Assembly: GCA_965279035.1 (NCBI GenBank) | Contig: OZ257142.1 | Location: 3,776,001-3,840,000 of the forward strand | Reading direction: 5' to 3' | Source of the DNA: Bacteroidia bacterium | GTDB taxonomy: Bacteria > Bacteroidota > Bacteroidia > M30B66 | Length of the DNA stretch: 64,000 nucleotides | In this document: positions 19,120 to 28,714 of the stretch, one piece after another | Layout of the letters: the number at the start of each line of letters is the position of its first letter | Numbering within the stretch: position 1 is the stretch's first letter | Made by a program: the position numbers and the translations under genes | The notes under the pieces: model-generated | What the model was told of the DNA's origin: nothing | What the model saw: the letters and a program-made list of their open reading frames with translations, nothing else | Database searches by the model: none

Positions 19120-19740
19120 ATGAAAAATAGCTTACTCATTTTTTGGATATTCTTCACTTGTGCATCGTTTGCGCAAACCAGAACTCATGGTGATAGTGCT
19201 TGGTACGAAGGCCGATATCGCTCTCAAGAAGAGATGAAAGAGATTCGAAAAAAAGAAGCAAAGGAAAGATTTGAAACCTGGTTTATGCCCGGATTGGGAT
19301 ATTCGATCTATCAACCCAAGCAAAGCGATTCTACTGGAAGTTTTTCGGGATTAACGGTTGAATATCTCATTTACGCCAATGTGGATATGAACGATGATCC
19401 GGGTCCAAGTCACGTTCGTGTGTATTCGAAATTGAATATTTTAAATAGCGATCGAAAGTCGATCAACTCGATGTTTATGTATACGATTGGATTGGACTTA
19501 TCTTTAGAGAAAAACCCGAAACGACAGTTTTTAATACCCTATTTCGGATTAGAATTTGGCGGAATGTCGCAAAAGCAATTTGGTACTGGAATTCAGTTTA
19601 CACCTACGTTTGGATTGCATCTTTTGTCAAAGAAAAACATGTTTATTAACATTCACGGAGGATATATTTACCCAATCAATAATTTCGAAATGTTACAAGG
19701 ATGGTACGGTCAAGCAGGCTTGAACTTCGCACTATGGTGA
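19120..19740 (+). CDS. Probable outer-membrane beta-barrel protein
   Basis: Signal peptide, alternating beta-strand pattern, C-terminal aromatic (NFALW). Confidence 0.6.
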   Translation: MKNSLLIFWIFFTCASFAQTRTHGDSAWYEGRYRSQEEMKEIRKKEAKERFETWFMPGLGYSIYQPKQSDSTGSFSGLTVEYLIYANVDMNDDPGPSHVRVYSKLNILNSDRKSINSMFMYTIGLDLSLEKNPKRQFLIPYFGLEFGGMSQKQFGTGIQFTPTFGLHLLSKKNMFINIHGGYIYPINNFEMLQGWYGQAGLNFALW

Positions 19741-19895
19741 GAAATAAGTTGTGAATAAGGAAACATGATCATGAAATAAATAAAATCTGGATTCAATTTA
19801 AATGCAAAATGAATATGCATTTTGTTGCAATAAATATTTTAATTGCTTCGAGAAGAATATTTTCTAAGCTTAGAATTGGATAGAATACATTGAGT

Positions 19896-20324
19896 TTAAT
19901 AAACTTCCTCTTCCAATAGTTTTTCTTCTCTTTTCATTTTTCTATAGTGAAATAGTTGTTTTAATAAAGGCTGAATTAAATCTTCTCCTTTTTCGCGAAT
20001 TGCATCAGCATTTTTCGTTGTGACATTGGTAACAACTGATTGAGTAATGAATCCCAAAAGCATTCTTAATGGATTGATTGAATTCCCCCACAATGCTTTT
20101 TTAGCTAGTACTCCCGTAAGTGAACCAATAGCAAAATTGCCAATTCCATCCTTCATTTTTGGTAATTCCATGACATTTTGGAATGCTTTTTTGAGGATGT
20201 TCATAGGTTTTAATTCATCAACTATTTCTTGAAACTGAGCATTTAATTCTGTGAATTGAATATCCCGTGTCGATTCCAATTCAGTGATACGAATTTTTAA
20301 AGATTTAATTGAATCAGTTTTCAT
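19896..20324 (-). CDS. Hypothetical membrane-associated protein of the YtxH / phage-holin-like cluster
   Basis: N-terminal coiled coil and central hydrophobic segment; operon position. Confidence 0.65.
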   Translation of the reverse strand: MKTDSIKSLKIRITELESTRDIQFTELNAQFQEIVDELKPMNILKKAFQNVMELPKMKDGIGNFAIGSLTGVLAKKALWGNSINPLRMLLGFITQSVVTNVTTKNADAIREKGEDLIQPLLKQLFHYRKMKREEKLLEEEVY

Positions 20325-20386
20325 GTGACTAATTATTTAATAATTGATAAATAATTTTATTGCTAACGGGAATTTTAATAAATGAA

Positions 20387-21353
20387 TTGAATTAGTAGTT
20401 TAGTCAATATTGATTTCTTTAATAATTTAGGGCAATCAAAAGATACAATATGAATGCACAATTTAAAAGCCTTTCATTATTTGATTTTCAGGCTCAGTTT
20501 CCAAATCAAGAAAGTTGTTACGCATATTTGGCAAATTTGAAATGGTCAAATGGTTATTCCTGTCGACGATGTAAGAACAAAAACTTTTGTAAAGGCATTA
20601 GTCTTTACGAGCGGCAATGCACTGTTTGCAGGCATTTAGAATCGCCAACATCTGGAACACTGTTTCACAAATGTAAATTTTCAATTCTGAAGGCTTTTTA
20701 TATTGTTTTCTATGTATCAACTAGCAAGAAAGGAATAAGCAGTACTGAGCTAAGTAGAAAGCTTGATTTGGGGCAGAAGACTTGTTGGTTGTTTAAACAA
20801 AAGGTTATGAATGCAATGAAAAGCAGTAAGAAAAATCCAATGAAAGGGAAAGTTGATGTTGATGAAACATATGTTGGAGGACAAGATGATAAATCCATTG
20901 GAAGAAATGAAGGAAAGAAAAAAGTTGTAGTTCTAGCCATTGAAAAGAAATCAAGAGGCGTATCAAGATTCTATGGGAAAGTTGTGGCGACAGCTAACAA
21001 AAAGAATTTGAGTGAATTTATGAGGGATCATATTGCTCCCAATGCGAATGTTAGAACTGATAAATGGGCTGGATATAAAGGCTTGGAGTCTGAATTTCCG
21101 AACCTAATTCAAGAAAAGTCTGAGAAGAAAGGAAGGAATTTTAAAGAACTCCATCGAACAATAATGATGTTTAAAGCTTGGCTTAGAGGTGTCCATCATT
21201 CTGTTAGACATTTACAGCCTTATATTGATGAGTATACATATCGATTTAACAGGCATAAAATGAATGAAGGAATCTTCGAAAATCTAATGATGAGAATGGT
21301 AAAAGCAGAACCATATACTTATAAAATGATTATTGCTTAAATGACTAATTCAA
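20387..21353 (+). mobile_element. IS1595-family (ISXO2-like) insertion sequence, 967 bp
   Basis: Imperfect TIR TTGAATTAGTagTTTAgtCAATA / TATTGctTAAAtgACTAATTCAA; 8-bp TSD TAAATGAA at 20379-20386 and 21354-21361. Confidence 0.88.
20450..21340 (+). CDS. IS1595-family transposase
   Basis: N-terminal Zn ribbon (CRRC...CTVC), VDETYVGG, TDKWAGY, YIDEYTYRFNR. Confidence 0.93.
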   Translation: MNAQFKSLSLFDFQAQFPNQESCYAYLANLKWSNGYSCRRCKNKNFCKGISLYERQCTVCRHLESPTSGTLFHKCKFSILKAFYIVFYVSTSKKGISSTELSRKLDLGQKTCWLFKQKVMNAMKSSKKNPMKGKVDVDETYVGGQDDKSIGRNEGKKKVVVLAIEKKSRGVSRFYGKVVATANKKNLSEFMRDHIAPNANVRTDKWAGYKGLESEFPNLIQEKSEKKGRNFKELHRTIMMFKAWLRGVHHSVRHLQPYIDEYTYRFNRHKMNEGIFENLMMRMVKAEPYTYKMIIA

Positions 21354-21658
21354 TAAATGAATTTTTAAATATTAAAATAAAGAGTGTGACAAGCACATAG
21401 AAACAAGCAACTATAAAAAAACCATAATATAGTGTACCAAAAGCCGATCCGATCCAAATTGCAGCACCAATATTTATCATGGTTAAAACAATTAAAATGG
21501 ATACAAAAATTATAAGCCAACTAGCTAATGAAGAGAAAAGCTCCGCTGATTTTCCAATTGTTTTTAATTGTATTAATTCGACATTGGTTTTAGTATATTT
21601 TTCTCCTTTTTCAAAGAGTGATTCCATTAAAGTTGCTTGATTTTCCATGTGACATCTA

Positions 21659-22159
21659 TTATTGAACTGTATAATGAAATGTAATTGAAATACTACCATT
21701 CGTAATAGTTATGATATTATTTCCTCCCTGTGAAACAGGATTAAATGTACCAGTAGCAATTACTTCATCGGAACTTAGTAAATCAACATCAATCAATTGA
21801 TATTTCCACGTTTCATTTGTGAATTGTATATTGCTAATTGGCGTGAGTGAAGTAGCAAATACATCTGAAATTACATTGGTAGAATTATCAAATCCAGAAT
21901 TTGAATTCTTTCCGAAATTCAATTTTAAATCTGGACCTGATAAATCAATATCCCATTCTGTCCCAGCTGGATTAGTAGTAGGAACGTTGGAGATATCAAT
22001 TGTAGAAGCAAAGCGATATTGACATCCAACATTTTTCTTCGCATCAGAGTCATAATTGTTGGCTTGAATATCTGTACAGCCTTCTTTCTTTGTACAACTC
22101 GTTGTAAAAACGGTTCCAGTTGAAAGCAAAAATGCAACAATTAAATAATTTAATTTCAT
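21659..22159 (-). CDS. Putative lipoprotein
   Basis: Lipobox-like TTSC followed by KKEGCTD..A.NYD..A motif. Confidence 0.7.
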   Translation of the reverse strand: MKLNYLIVAFLLSTGTVFTTSCTKKEGCTDIQANNYDSDAKKNVGCQYRFASTIDISNVPTTNPAGTEWDIDLSGPDLKLNFGKNSNSGFDNSTNVISDVFATSLTPISNIQFTNETWKYQLIDVDLLSSDEVIATGTFNPVSQGGNNIITITNGSISITFHYTVQ

Positions 22160-22183
22160 CCTATTTTTGAGATTAAGTGAATA

Positions 22184-22489
22184 TTATTTTTGAGCCATCT
22201 GTCCATCTTTTTCATGGATTTGATTTTTAAAATCAGATTTCATTTCTTGGGCTTTCATTTTCCCTTTATCCAATAAATCTTCAGCATTGTCTTTTACATC
22301 TGAATATTTACGTTCCATTTGATCTAAAAAATCATTGAATTTGCCGCGAAGATCATCGGTTAAATCTTCTCCTTTTGACATAATTTTTTTCCGTGTATTA
22401 ACTCCTTTATCGGGAGCAAATAAAATTCCTAAGAAAGCACCTGTGGCTAAGCCAGCAAGTACACCTAATACTACTTTTCCTGAATTCAT
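22184..22489 (-). CDS. YtxH domain-containing protein
   Basis: G.LAGLA.GA.LGILFAPDKG..TR followed by a coiled coil. Confidence 0.88.
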   Translation of the reverse strand: MNSGKVVLGVLAGLATGAFLGILFAPDKGVNTRKKIMSKGEDLTDDLRGKFNDFLDQMERKYSDVKDNAEDLLDKGKMKAQEMKSDFKNQIHEKDGQMAQK

Positions 22490-22885
22490 GATGTTTGTTT
22501 ATTAATTAGTTTGAATGGATTTATTTAAATTTTTCTTCCTAAAAAATTTAAGATTTATGTGCCTTTTTATTTTTAATGAATCGTCATTTTAATTCAAATG
22601 AATTGATTTAAACCAAGTATCATTTAGTATTGATTCACAAATTAATATTCAACTGGAGGAAATTTATTTTTAATATTTCCATTGAATCAAAGGTGATATT
22701 CAAATACTGAATTCATATTATATTTTACTCACTAAATATTACGCTATTCACACACTGAATTTAATTTTCGTAAAGCTGAATTTTAAATAGTAACGATGTA
22801 ATTCAGATACATTAAAATATGCTGGATTATTTAGAGTTTCAAATTCAGGAAATGATTTATAATGCAGGAAGTTTATCACTGTGTT

Positions 22886-22996
22886 GCGTGAGGGATGTGA
22901 AGGGCTTGGTCCCATTGGGACGGAAGCGAAGCGTACCCCGTAACAGCCCGACCTTGTTGATGTGAAGTGAAACGAAACAGCAATAAGGGCACGCCC
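22886..22996 (+). ncRNA. Structured dispersed intergenic element, copy 1 (possibly related to a Bacteroidota RNA motif such as Flavo-1)
   Basis: Closing stem GCGTG/CACGC-CC, AGGGAT...AGCCC; covaries with the copies at 50008 and 53681. Confidence 0.45.
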
Positions 22997-23001
22997 AAAA
23001 A

Positions 23002-23955
23002 TCAATGGGCCAGAGATGCTCGTTTTAAACGGTCGTTGATGGCTAAACCTAGTCCGATGTTGGGAACTGGTTCGGCGAGAATGAGATTTGTTGCACGCTC
23101 GTCGGCTAGACGCAAATAAGCAAACAAGTTGATAGCTGCTTCGGTGATGGAATTTTTTGGACTCAAAAGCAGTTGCAAATCCTTCGGATAATTATTCAAA
23201 AACTCGGAATAACGAATAAGAATTGGGGTTTCGGAACGATGAGTCTCGAGTAGTTCGGGGATGTTACCGAGTAGCATTTTCTTTCGTGGAGCATAATGCA
23301 CATCGAGCATTCCAGGTGCTTGAGGATTGGAACTATGCGAACGCAGTTGCACTTTTCCGACGACAGCTTCAATATCTTCGAGTGAAAGTCCACCTAAACG
23401 GAAAACGGTGATTTGCCCATCAACTAAGCCAACTATGGTGCTTTCGAGTCCCACGGAACAGTTGCCACCATCCAATATGAAGGGGATTTTTTCACCCAAT
23501 TGATCGTTCACATGTTGGGCAGTAGTTGGACTGATGTACCCAAACGGATTGGCACTTGGAGCAGCCAAAGGGAAATCGAGTTGCTTGAGCAATTGCAGTG
23601 TTAATGGGTGATTGGGAATTCGCACTGCTACATGAGGCAAACCGCTGGTCACTAAATCGGGAATGTTGGGTTTTCGTGGCAAAAGCAAAGTCAGCGGACC
23701 TGGCCAGAATTTTTCTGCTAAAGGCATGAGTGCATCCGGAATGGACTGAGCAAAATCGGAAATGCGTTCGATTGCCGAAATATGAACGATAAGTGGATCG
23801 AATGATGGACGCTGCTTGACTTCGAAAATTCGTGCAACCAATGCAGCATCGTATGCATTCCCAGCTAATCCATATACGGTTTCGGTTGGAATTCCAATGA
23901 TGTTGTTTTTCAGGTGAATTGCCGCCTGTTGAATATCCGACTGGATGATTGCCAT
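23002..23955 (-). CDS. tsaC: L-threonylcarbamoyladenylate synthase (Sua5/TsaC)
   Basis: PTETVYGLA, KQRP, WPGPLT, APSAN and ESTIV motifs, plus SUA5 domain (PGM...HYAP). Confidence 0.93.
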   Translation of the reverse strand: MAIIQSDIQQAAIHLKNNIIGIPTETVYGLAGNAYDAALVARIFEVKQRPSFDPLIVHISAIERISDFAQSIPDALMPLAEKFWPGPLTLLLPRKPNIPDLVTSGLPHVAVRIPNHPLTLQLLKQLDFPLAAPSANPFGYISPTTAQHVNDQLGEKIPFILDGGNCSVGLESTIVGLVDGQITVFRLGGLSLEDIEAVVGKVQLRSHSSNPQAPGMLDVHYAPRKKMLLGNIPELLETHRSETPILIRYSEFLNNYPKDLQLLLSPKNSITEAAINLFAYLRLADERATNLILAEPVPNIGLGLAINDRLKRASLAH

Positions 23956-24142
23956 GGGGCAAAGGTAATTGATGTGCTGGTGTGATGATTTGCTGGTGTG
24001 CTGTTTATTTCTCGGAAGGTTGTGACTGAAGGTTTATACTGATAGATCCTTTATGATCGGATTGAAAATTTGAAGATTTGGAGTTGGTGATTAAATAGTT
24101 GAAGCAACAAGTTGAGCATGTCAAAGCATGCTGATATGCTGG

Positions 24143-24402
24143 TGTGCTCCCTTCGACAAGCTCAGGGAGCAGGGTTTCTCTCCCAAAAGTCCGAACGCTG
24201 AGCCTGTCGAAGCATGCTGGTTAGTTAATGTGCTCCCTTCGACAAGCTCAGGGAGCAGGGTTTCTCTCCCAAAAGTCCGAACGCTGAGCCTGTCGAAGTG
24301 TGCTGGTTTGTTAATGTGCTCCCTTCGACAAGCTCAGGGAGCAGGGTTTCTCTCCCAAAAGTCCGAACGCTGAGCCTGTCGAAGCGTGCTGGTTAGTTAA
24401 TG
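24143..24402 (+). repeat. Three tandem 86-bp units containing inverted CTTCGACAAGCTCAG / CTGAGCCTGTCGAAG REP-like pairs
   Basis: Unit starts at 24143, 24229 and 24315; single copies at about 1373, 53860-53958 and 63795. Confidence 0.9.
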
Positions 24403-24440
24403 TAAACTTTAGTTCAATTAAATGCTACTTTTGAAAACAG

Positions 24441-24857
24441 ATGCGCGGCTTATTTTTCCTACTATTTCTTTTTGTTATAGGTGATGTGTGTGTGGCGCAG
24501 AGCGATGTGGACGCCTTGATTCTTGCTAAAGAAAAAGAGCATTTAAACGAGGGAAAAGCTACCGTATTTTTAAAACGTGAGGATTGGAAAAGTCTCGATC
24601 CATTGGTGCTTTCTGCTTTGTTGGTGTTGCAAGGGTACAAGACATTTGTTTCGGGCGATTTGGGATCGAGTTGTCGGTTCAATCCTAGTTGTTCGGCCTT
24701 TAGTGCAGCTATCATCCGACAAAAAGGATTTATTCCTGGAATACTATTGACAGCCGACCGACTTATTCGCTGTAATCCGCAAGCAGAATACGATCACAGT
24801 CAACATTTGATTAATCAGCAAACTGGCAAAATTGAAGATGAAGTGGCTGATTATTAA
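24441..24857 (+). CDS. YidD-like (membrane protein insertion efficiency factor/haemolytic domain) protein with signal peptide
   Basis: CRFNPSCS...GILLTADRLIRCNP. Confidence 0.75.
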   Translation: MRGLFFLLFLFVIGDVCVAQSDVDALILAKEKEHLNEGKATVFLKREDWKSLDPLVLSALLVLQGYKTFVSGDLGSSCRFNPSCSAFSAAIIRQKGFIPGILLTADRLIRCNPQAEYDHSQHLINQQTGKIEDEVADY

Positions 24858-25602
24858 TTTGTGCTTGCTGTGCGGTAGTTTAAAAGCTTGTCCAGATAGC
24901 AGCGAAGTTGGTTTTTTAAAGCATTTAGCACAAGAACAACTATGGACAGAACGCATCGCATTCATAGATCAACATCGTTCTGATACCTGTTCGCGTTGGT
25001 TATTGGAACGAGCATGGACAGAAGCACAGCGTAAGCAAGAAAATAGGTGTGATTCTATTTTTCACAGTATTTCATTTTCAAGGGCACAAAGTCAGGGTTT
25101 TGGTGATTTCTACCGTTTGTATTTGTTTCGAACGCGCCAGTTAGAAAAGCTAAAGCAGGATAGTTTATTAGGTTCTGATGCTCGTTATTGTTTGTCTTTG
25201 TTGATTGAAAAAAATCCAGTTATGCAAATGGATAAACGCTTTGATCGACTTCATTCAATTCATACTGAATTTGTGAAACTGAAACATAAATCAGTATTGT
25301 TGGCTGGAATGTTTTCGATTATTCCGGGTTTTGGGAAATTGTATTGTGGTTATCACAAACAGGCGCAAATGAATTGGATTGTTCAAGGTGGATTGGGAAT
25401 TATTTTGACCGAAATCATCCTCGAAAAGGGCATTGACAATGGACTATTCTATTCTGCGGCTGCATTAGCAGGAACATTTTGGTTAGGTTCTATTTACGGA
25501 ACGATGCGTTCATTAAAAAAAGAAAAGAAAGACCGGCTCGATGCCTTATATCTGGAAATTACTGATCGTTTTTTATCTGCTTACGGGAATTACCCTTTCT
25601 GA
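24832..25602 (+). CDS. Hypothetical membrane protein with C-terminal TM2-like segment
   Basis: SIIPGFGKLYCG motif followed by two TMs; overlaps its neighbours. Confidence 0.6.
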   Translation: MKMKWLIINLCLLCGSLKACPDSSEVGFLKHLAQEQLWTERIAFIDQHRSDTCSRWLLERAWTEAQRKQENRCDSIFHSISFSRAQSQGFGDFYRLYLFRTRQLEKLKQDSLLGSDARYCLSLLIEKNPVMQMDKRFDRLHSIHTEFVKLKHKSVLLAGMFSIIPGFGKLYCGYHKQAQMNWIVQGGLGIILTEIILEKGIDNGLFYSAAALAGTFWLGSIYGTMRSLKKEKKDRLDALYLEITDRFLSAYGNYPF

Positions 25603-26320
25603 AGTAAAAGCTCAGGATAAAAGCAGCATTCCAGCGGAATTACTTCGACTGGAACAATCGCTATGGAACGATTCGGTATCTCCTCAAACGAAAGCTCAAA
25701 CACAATTAGCCAAGCTTCAACTGTATGCTCTATTGCAGGATTGGAATGCCTTGTTAAAAGGTGCTAAATTGATTCAAACTTCACATCTTTCGGAAAATGA
25801 ACATGGGGAATTTGAACGTCTGTATCTCCTCGCCTATCTGCAAAACGGACAAACACATTTAGCATCTGCTCGCATAAAGAAATTTGTCCCACAGAACAGC
25901 GACACGAATTTAATTTTACTACGTGCGATGGTGCACATAGAGAATTATTATTGGGAAGGATTTGCTGAAGAATTGGGGAGAATAGACAGTATTTGGAAAA
26001 ACAAAGCTTTAGATATTGCTTCGATGCCCGAATATTCTGAAGATAAAGAAGCTCATTGGTTACCCGGATATTATTTCAAGAATGGACGATTTTTTAAAGG
26101 TGGAATATCGTTAGGAATTCATGCTTTGCCACCAGCGATTATCGCTTCTGCCATTTTAGTTAGTATTCCGATAAGTGGTTTTGTGTTGGGTGGATATTTA
26201 GGGTGGCGAATTTATGGTTCCGAAAAAGATGCTATTGAACAAGCTCATGAAAAAAGAAACCGGCAAGCCGTTCTTAAAAAACAACTTGCCGGTTATGATC
26301 TGCTGAAACAGATAAAATAA
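25541..26320 (+). CDS. Hypothetical helical-repeat membrane protein
   Basis: Signal peptide, TPR-like helices, C-terminal TMs. Confidence 0.6.
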   Translation: MPYIWKLLIVFYLLTGITLSEVKAQDKSSIPAELLRLEQSLWNDSVSPQTKAQTQLAKLQLYALLQDWNALLKGAKLIQTSHLSENEHGEFERLYLLAYLQNGQTHLASARIKKFVPQNSDTNLILLRAMVHIENYYWEGFAEELGRIDSIWKNKALDIASMPEYSEDKEAHWLPGYYFKNGRFFKGGISLGIHALPPAIIASAILVSIPISGFVLGGYLGWRIYGSEKDAIEQAHEKRNRQAVLKKQLAGYDLLKQIK

Positions 26321-26321
26321 A

Positions 26322-27929
26322 TTATTCGATTGTCATTCGACCAATACGATATTCAGATGCTTTTCCACGCGATGTGCAGCAGCCTTTTTTGGTATGTGAT
26401 GCATACACAATGGCTTTGCTTTTTCCCATACGATCGGCATCACGGAAACTCATAATATAATCGCGCTTTTTATCATATGGAATGATTCCAGCTGTTTCAT
26501 ACGTTCCATTTTCATTCATCGTAACCATCACTGGAATGGTATATTTTGCCGATTGTGGAGCAGCTTCTTTATCGTAATTCCCTTTCGTTAGATTATCGAT
26601 ATCATCGTTAAAAAAGATGTACAAATTATTATTGTATAACGTTGCGTAAAATGAATTGTACGCTCCACCATCATTGGTTGACACTTGCTTTTTAGGAATT
26701 ACATCTTGCCAAATAATTTCACCCTCGGGAGAAACATTCATAATTAAAATGTCATTATCGTGATAATAATAGGTAGTTGATGAAGCTCCATTTTGCGAAT
26801 ACGTTGTAACAACCACCACGTAATTTTCTTCAAACAATACATAACTACCACCATCGGGTTTTGCAATTACATCGCGCAAATCAATATTCGCCCGTAAATC
26901 CTGATTCCGTTTCTTTTTCGATTCACTGTTATTCATCTTATGAATAATCTCTGTCGAAAATTCCTGAGAATGCTCTGCTGAAATTTCTCCCGTTTTATAA
27001 TCCAACTTATAAAAGAAGGTTCCTTCGGCAGCTGAACGACGTTTCGTTTTACTAAAAGTTCCAACGCAATACGCATTTTGATCTTCATCAAATCGAAGGT
27101 TCAAATCACGAATAAATACATTTTTCAAATTCATTTCGAAATCCTTCACTGTTCCCTCAGCAATGTCAATATTCATTGCCTTTACAAGCACTTCGGGATC
27201 ATCTTTCTGACGTTCCTTTTTAGGGATGTAGATTTTGTACAAAGCCACCAATTTTTTGTCTTTGGTGAGATAATAATCATACATGTCGGCATTGCGATTC
27301 TCATACGGCATTTCAATTTCCACATTATGCAATGCTTCTAAATTAATGTCCCAGATTTTCACAATGAATTTATCGTTCTCGTCTTTTCCAGTTTTAGGTT
27401 GACGAAACATATAAATCATACTCGAATCTTGAGAAATTCCAAAGTAATGTGATACAGACCAACGACGTTCTTCGAACTGCTCAATTTCTCTCGAAGCATC
27501 CAAAGGAGAACCTTCTAAATCATATGATTGAGCATAGTATGTTTTGATTTTTTTATCTTTCATGTAATAGATAACTATCACTTTGTCTTTGATGATATAG
27601 AATCGTTCATAGTAGTAATCATAATTCTTTTTGTCTTTCTTCCGCTTATCAATGTCCTCGCGAGAGTACTTTTTGGCCTTGCCACCAATTTTCGCACTCT
27701 TACCTAATGTCAATTCACGATAGGTTTCTGGCTTCATGTCTTCTTCACTATATGAAACCAAGTAAACAACATCATTTTCGACACTTACAGAATACAAATG
27801 TCCATTCTTAGATCCGATGATGTATTTACCTTTATCAAAGGGTTTCAAATAATCGCTCCATGCTAAGTCAACTTGTGCAGACAAGATTCCTGATACTAAG
27901 AGTAAAAAAATGAGTAGATTTTTTTTCAT
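26322..27929 (-). CDS. Hypothetical secreted beta-rich protein
   Basis: 535 aa, signal peptide (LSA-Q), W...IPKKQ motif. Confidence 0.7.
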   Translation of the reverse strand: MKKNLLIFLLLVSGILSAQVDLAWSDYLKPFDKGKYIIGSKNGHLYSVSVENDVVYLVSYSEEDMKPETYRELTLGKSAKIGGKAKKYSREDIDKRKKDKKNYDYYYERFYIIKDKVIVIYYMKDKKIKTYYAQSYDLEGSPLDASREIEQFEERRWSVSHYFGISQDSSMIYMFRQPKTGKDENDKFIVKIWDINLEALHNVEIEMPYENRNADMYDYYLTKDKKLVALYKIYIPKKERQKDDPEVLVKAMNIDIAEGTVKDFEMNLKNVFIRDLNLRFDEDQNAYCVGTFSKTKRRSAAEGTFFYKLDYKTGEISAEHSQEFSTEIIHKMNNSESKKKRNQDLRANIDLRDVIAKPDGGSYVLFEENYVVVVTTYSQNGASSTTYYYHDNDILIMNVSPEGEIIWQDVIPKKQVSTNDGGAYNSFYATLYNNNLYIFFNDDIDNLTKGNYDKEAAPQSAKYTIPVMVTMNENGTYETAGIIPYDKKRDYIMSFRDADRMGKSKAIVYASHTKKGCCTSRGKASEYRIGRMTIE

Positions 27930-27962
27930 TCTGATTAGATTTGTTGCGAATATAAAACAAGC

Positions 27963-28643
27963 ATGAATAACTTTTTTCTCCCACTCATAATTTTAGTTGC
28001 CTTGTATAATCAGGCTTCAGCACAGGTTGTAAAAATTAGAGAGCGCACTGATACTGAATCGCATAAAGAAGTAAAAGAAGCTAAATTCTATACAAAACGT
28101 CAAATTCAGGTTGATCCACTTTGGATGATTCGTGGTACTATGATGGTATCGCTTGAGCACACAATTGGTGATTTATTTTCGGCAAGAGTGAATCTTGGAG
28201 TGTGCACGCGCGACTACATGGACAATATTTTAGTAGATGGACCACTTTCCAGCTCATCGATAAACTACTTAGGCAATACTCCACAATTAGCTTACGGACT
28301 AGAAATGCGCTATTATTATAATGAGAATGCTTCGTTCGATAGTCCCTATTTCAGCCTAGGATTTTCCCGCCGCTCCTATCAATACCGTGTTAGAACAAAT
28401 TATACTATCTACAATCAATACGTTGAATCTGCTCCGACGGCTAAAAGCTTCGATATTTATGCACGTTATGGTTCTACTTTGACAATCTTGGAAAGAGAAA
28501 AATCAACTCTATTGTTTGAATATGGCTTTAGTGTAGGGTTTTCGATTGATAAGTATAGTACGTTTAATGGTCAATACATGAGTGCTGATAACACGATTAA
28601 TCGCTGGTTGCTACCTCATGCTGGTTTAGGGTTTACATTTTAA
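27963..28643 (+). CDS. Probable outer-membrane beta-barrel (DUF3575-like)
   Basis: Signal peptide, E.RYY motif, C-terminal GLGFTF. Confidence 0.6.
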   Translation: MNNFFLPLIILVALYNQASAQVVKIRERTDTESHKEVKEAKFYTKRQIQVDPLWMIRGTMMVSLEHTIGDLFSARVNLGVCTRDYMDNILVDGPLSSSSINYLGNTPQLAYGLEMRYYYNENASFDSPYFSLGFSRRSYQYRVRTNYTIYNQYVESAPTAKSFDIYARYGSTLTILEREKSTLLFEYGFSVGFSIDKYSTFNGQYMSADNTINRWLLPHAGLGFTF

Positions 28644-28714
28644 TTCAGGAAATTCGCCTTTTGCTGAACATGTGAATTATACGGCTGTTTGAGTAGCTTC
28701 CTTATCTTCGCAGC

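Larger units (their letters stand above)
20329..21648 (-). pseudogene. Two-TM phage-holin-family-like membrane protein interrupted by IS1595
   Basis: MENQATL...FKNSFI reads into the IS; after excision it continues in frame KIPVSNKIIYQLLNN* to 20329. Confidence 0.75.

Noticed and set aside
20329-22489. Prophage remnant suggested by the holin-like membrane protein
   Set aside because: No phage structural, integrase or lysin genes; this YtxH-associated cluster is a common chromosomal operon
22748-23005. 85-aa minus-strand ORF after tsaC
   Set aside because: Antisense to the structured repeat element; no recognisable motif
24128-24373. 81-aa ORF
   Set aside because: Lies entirely within the 86-bp tandem repeat
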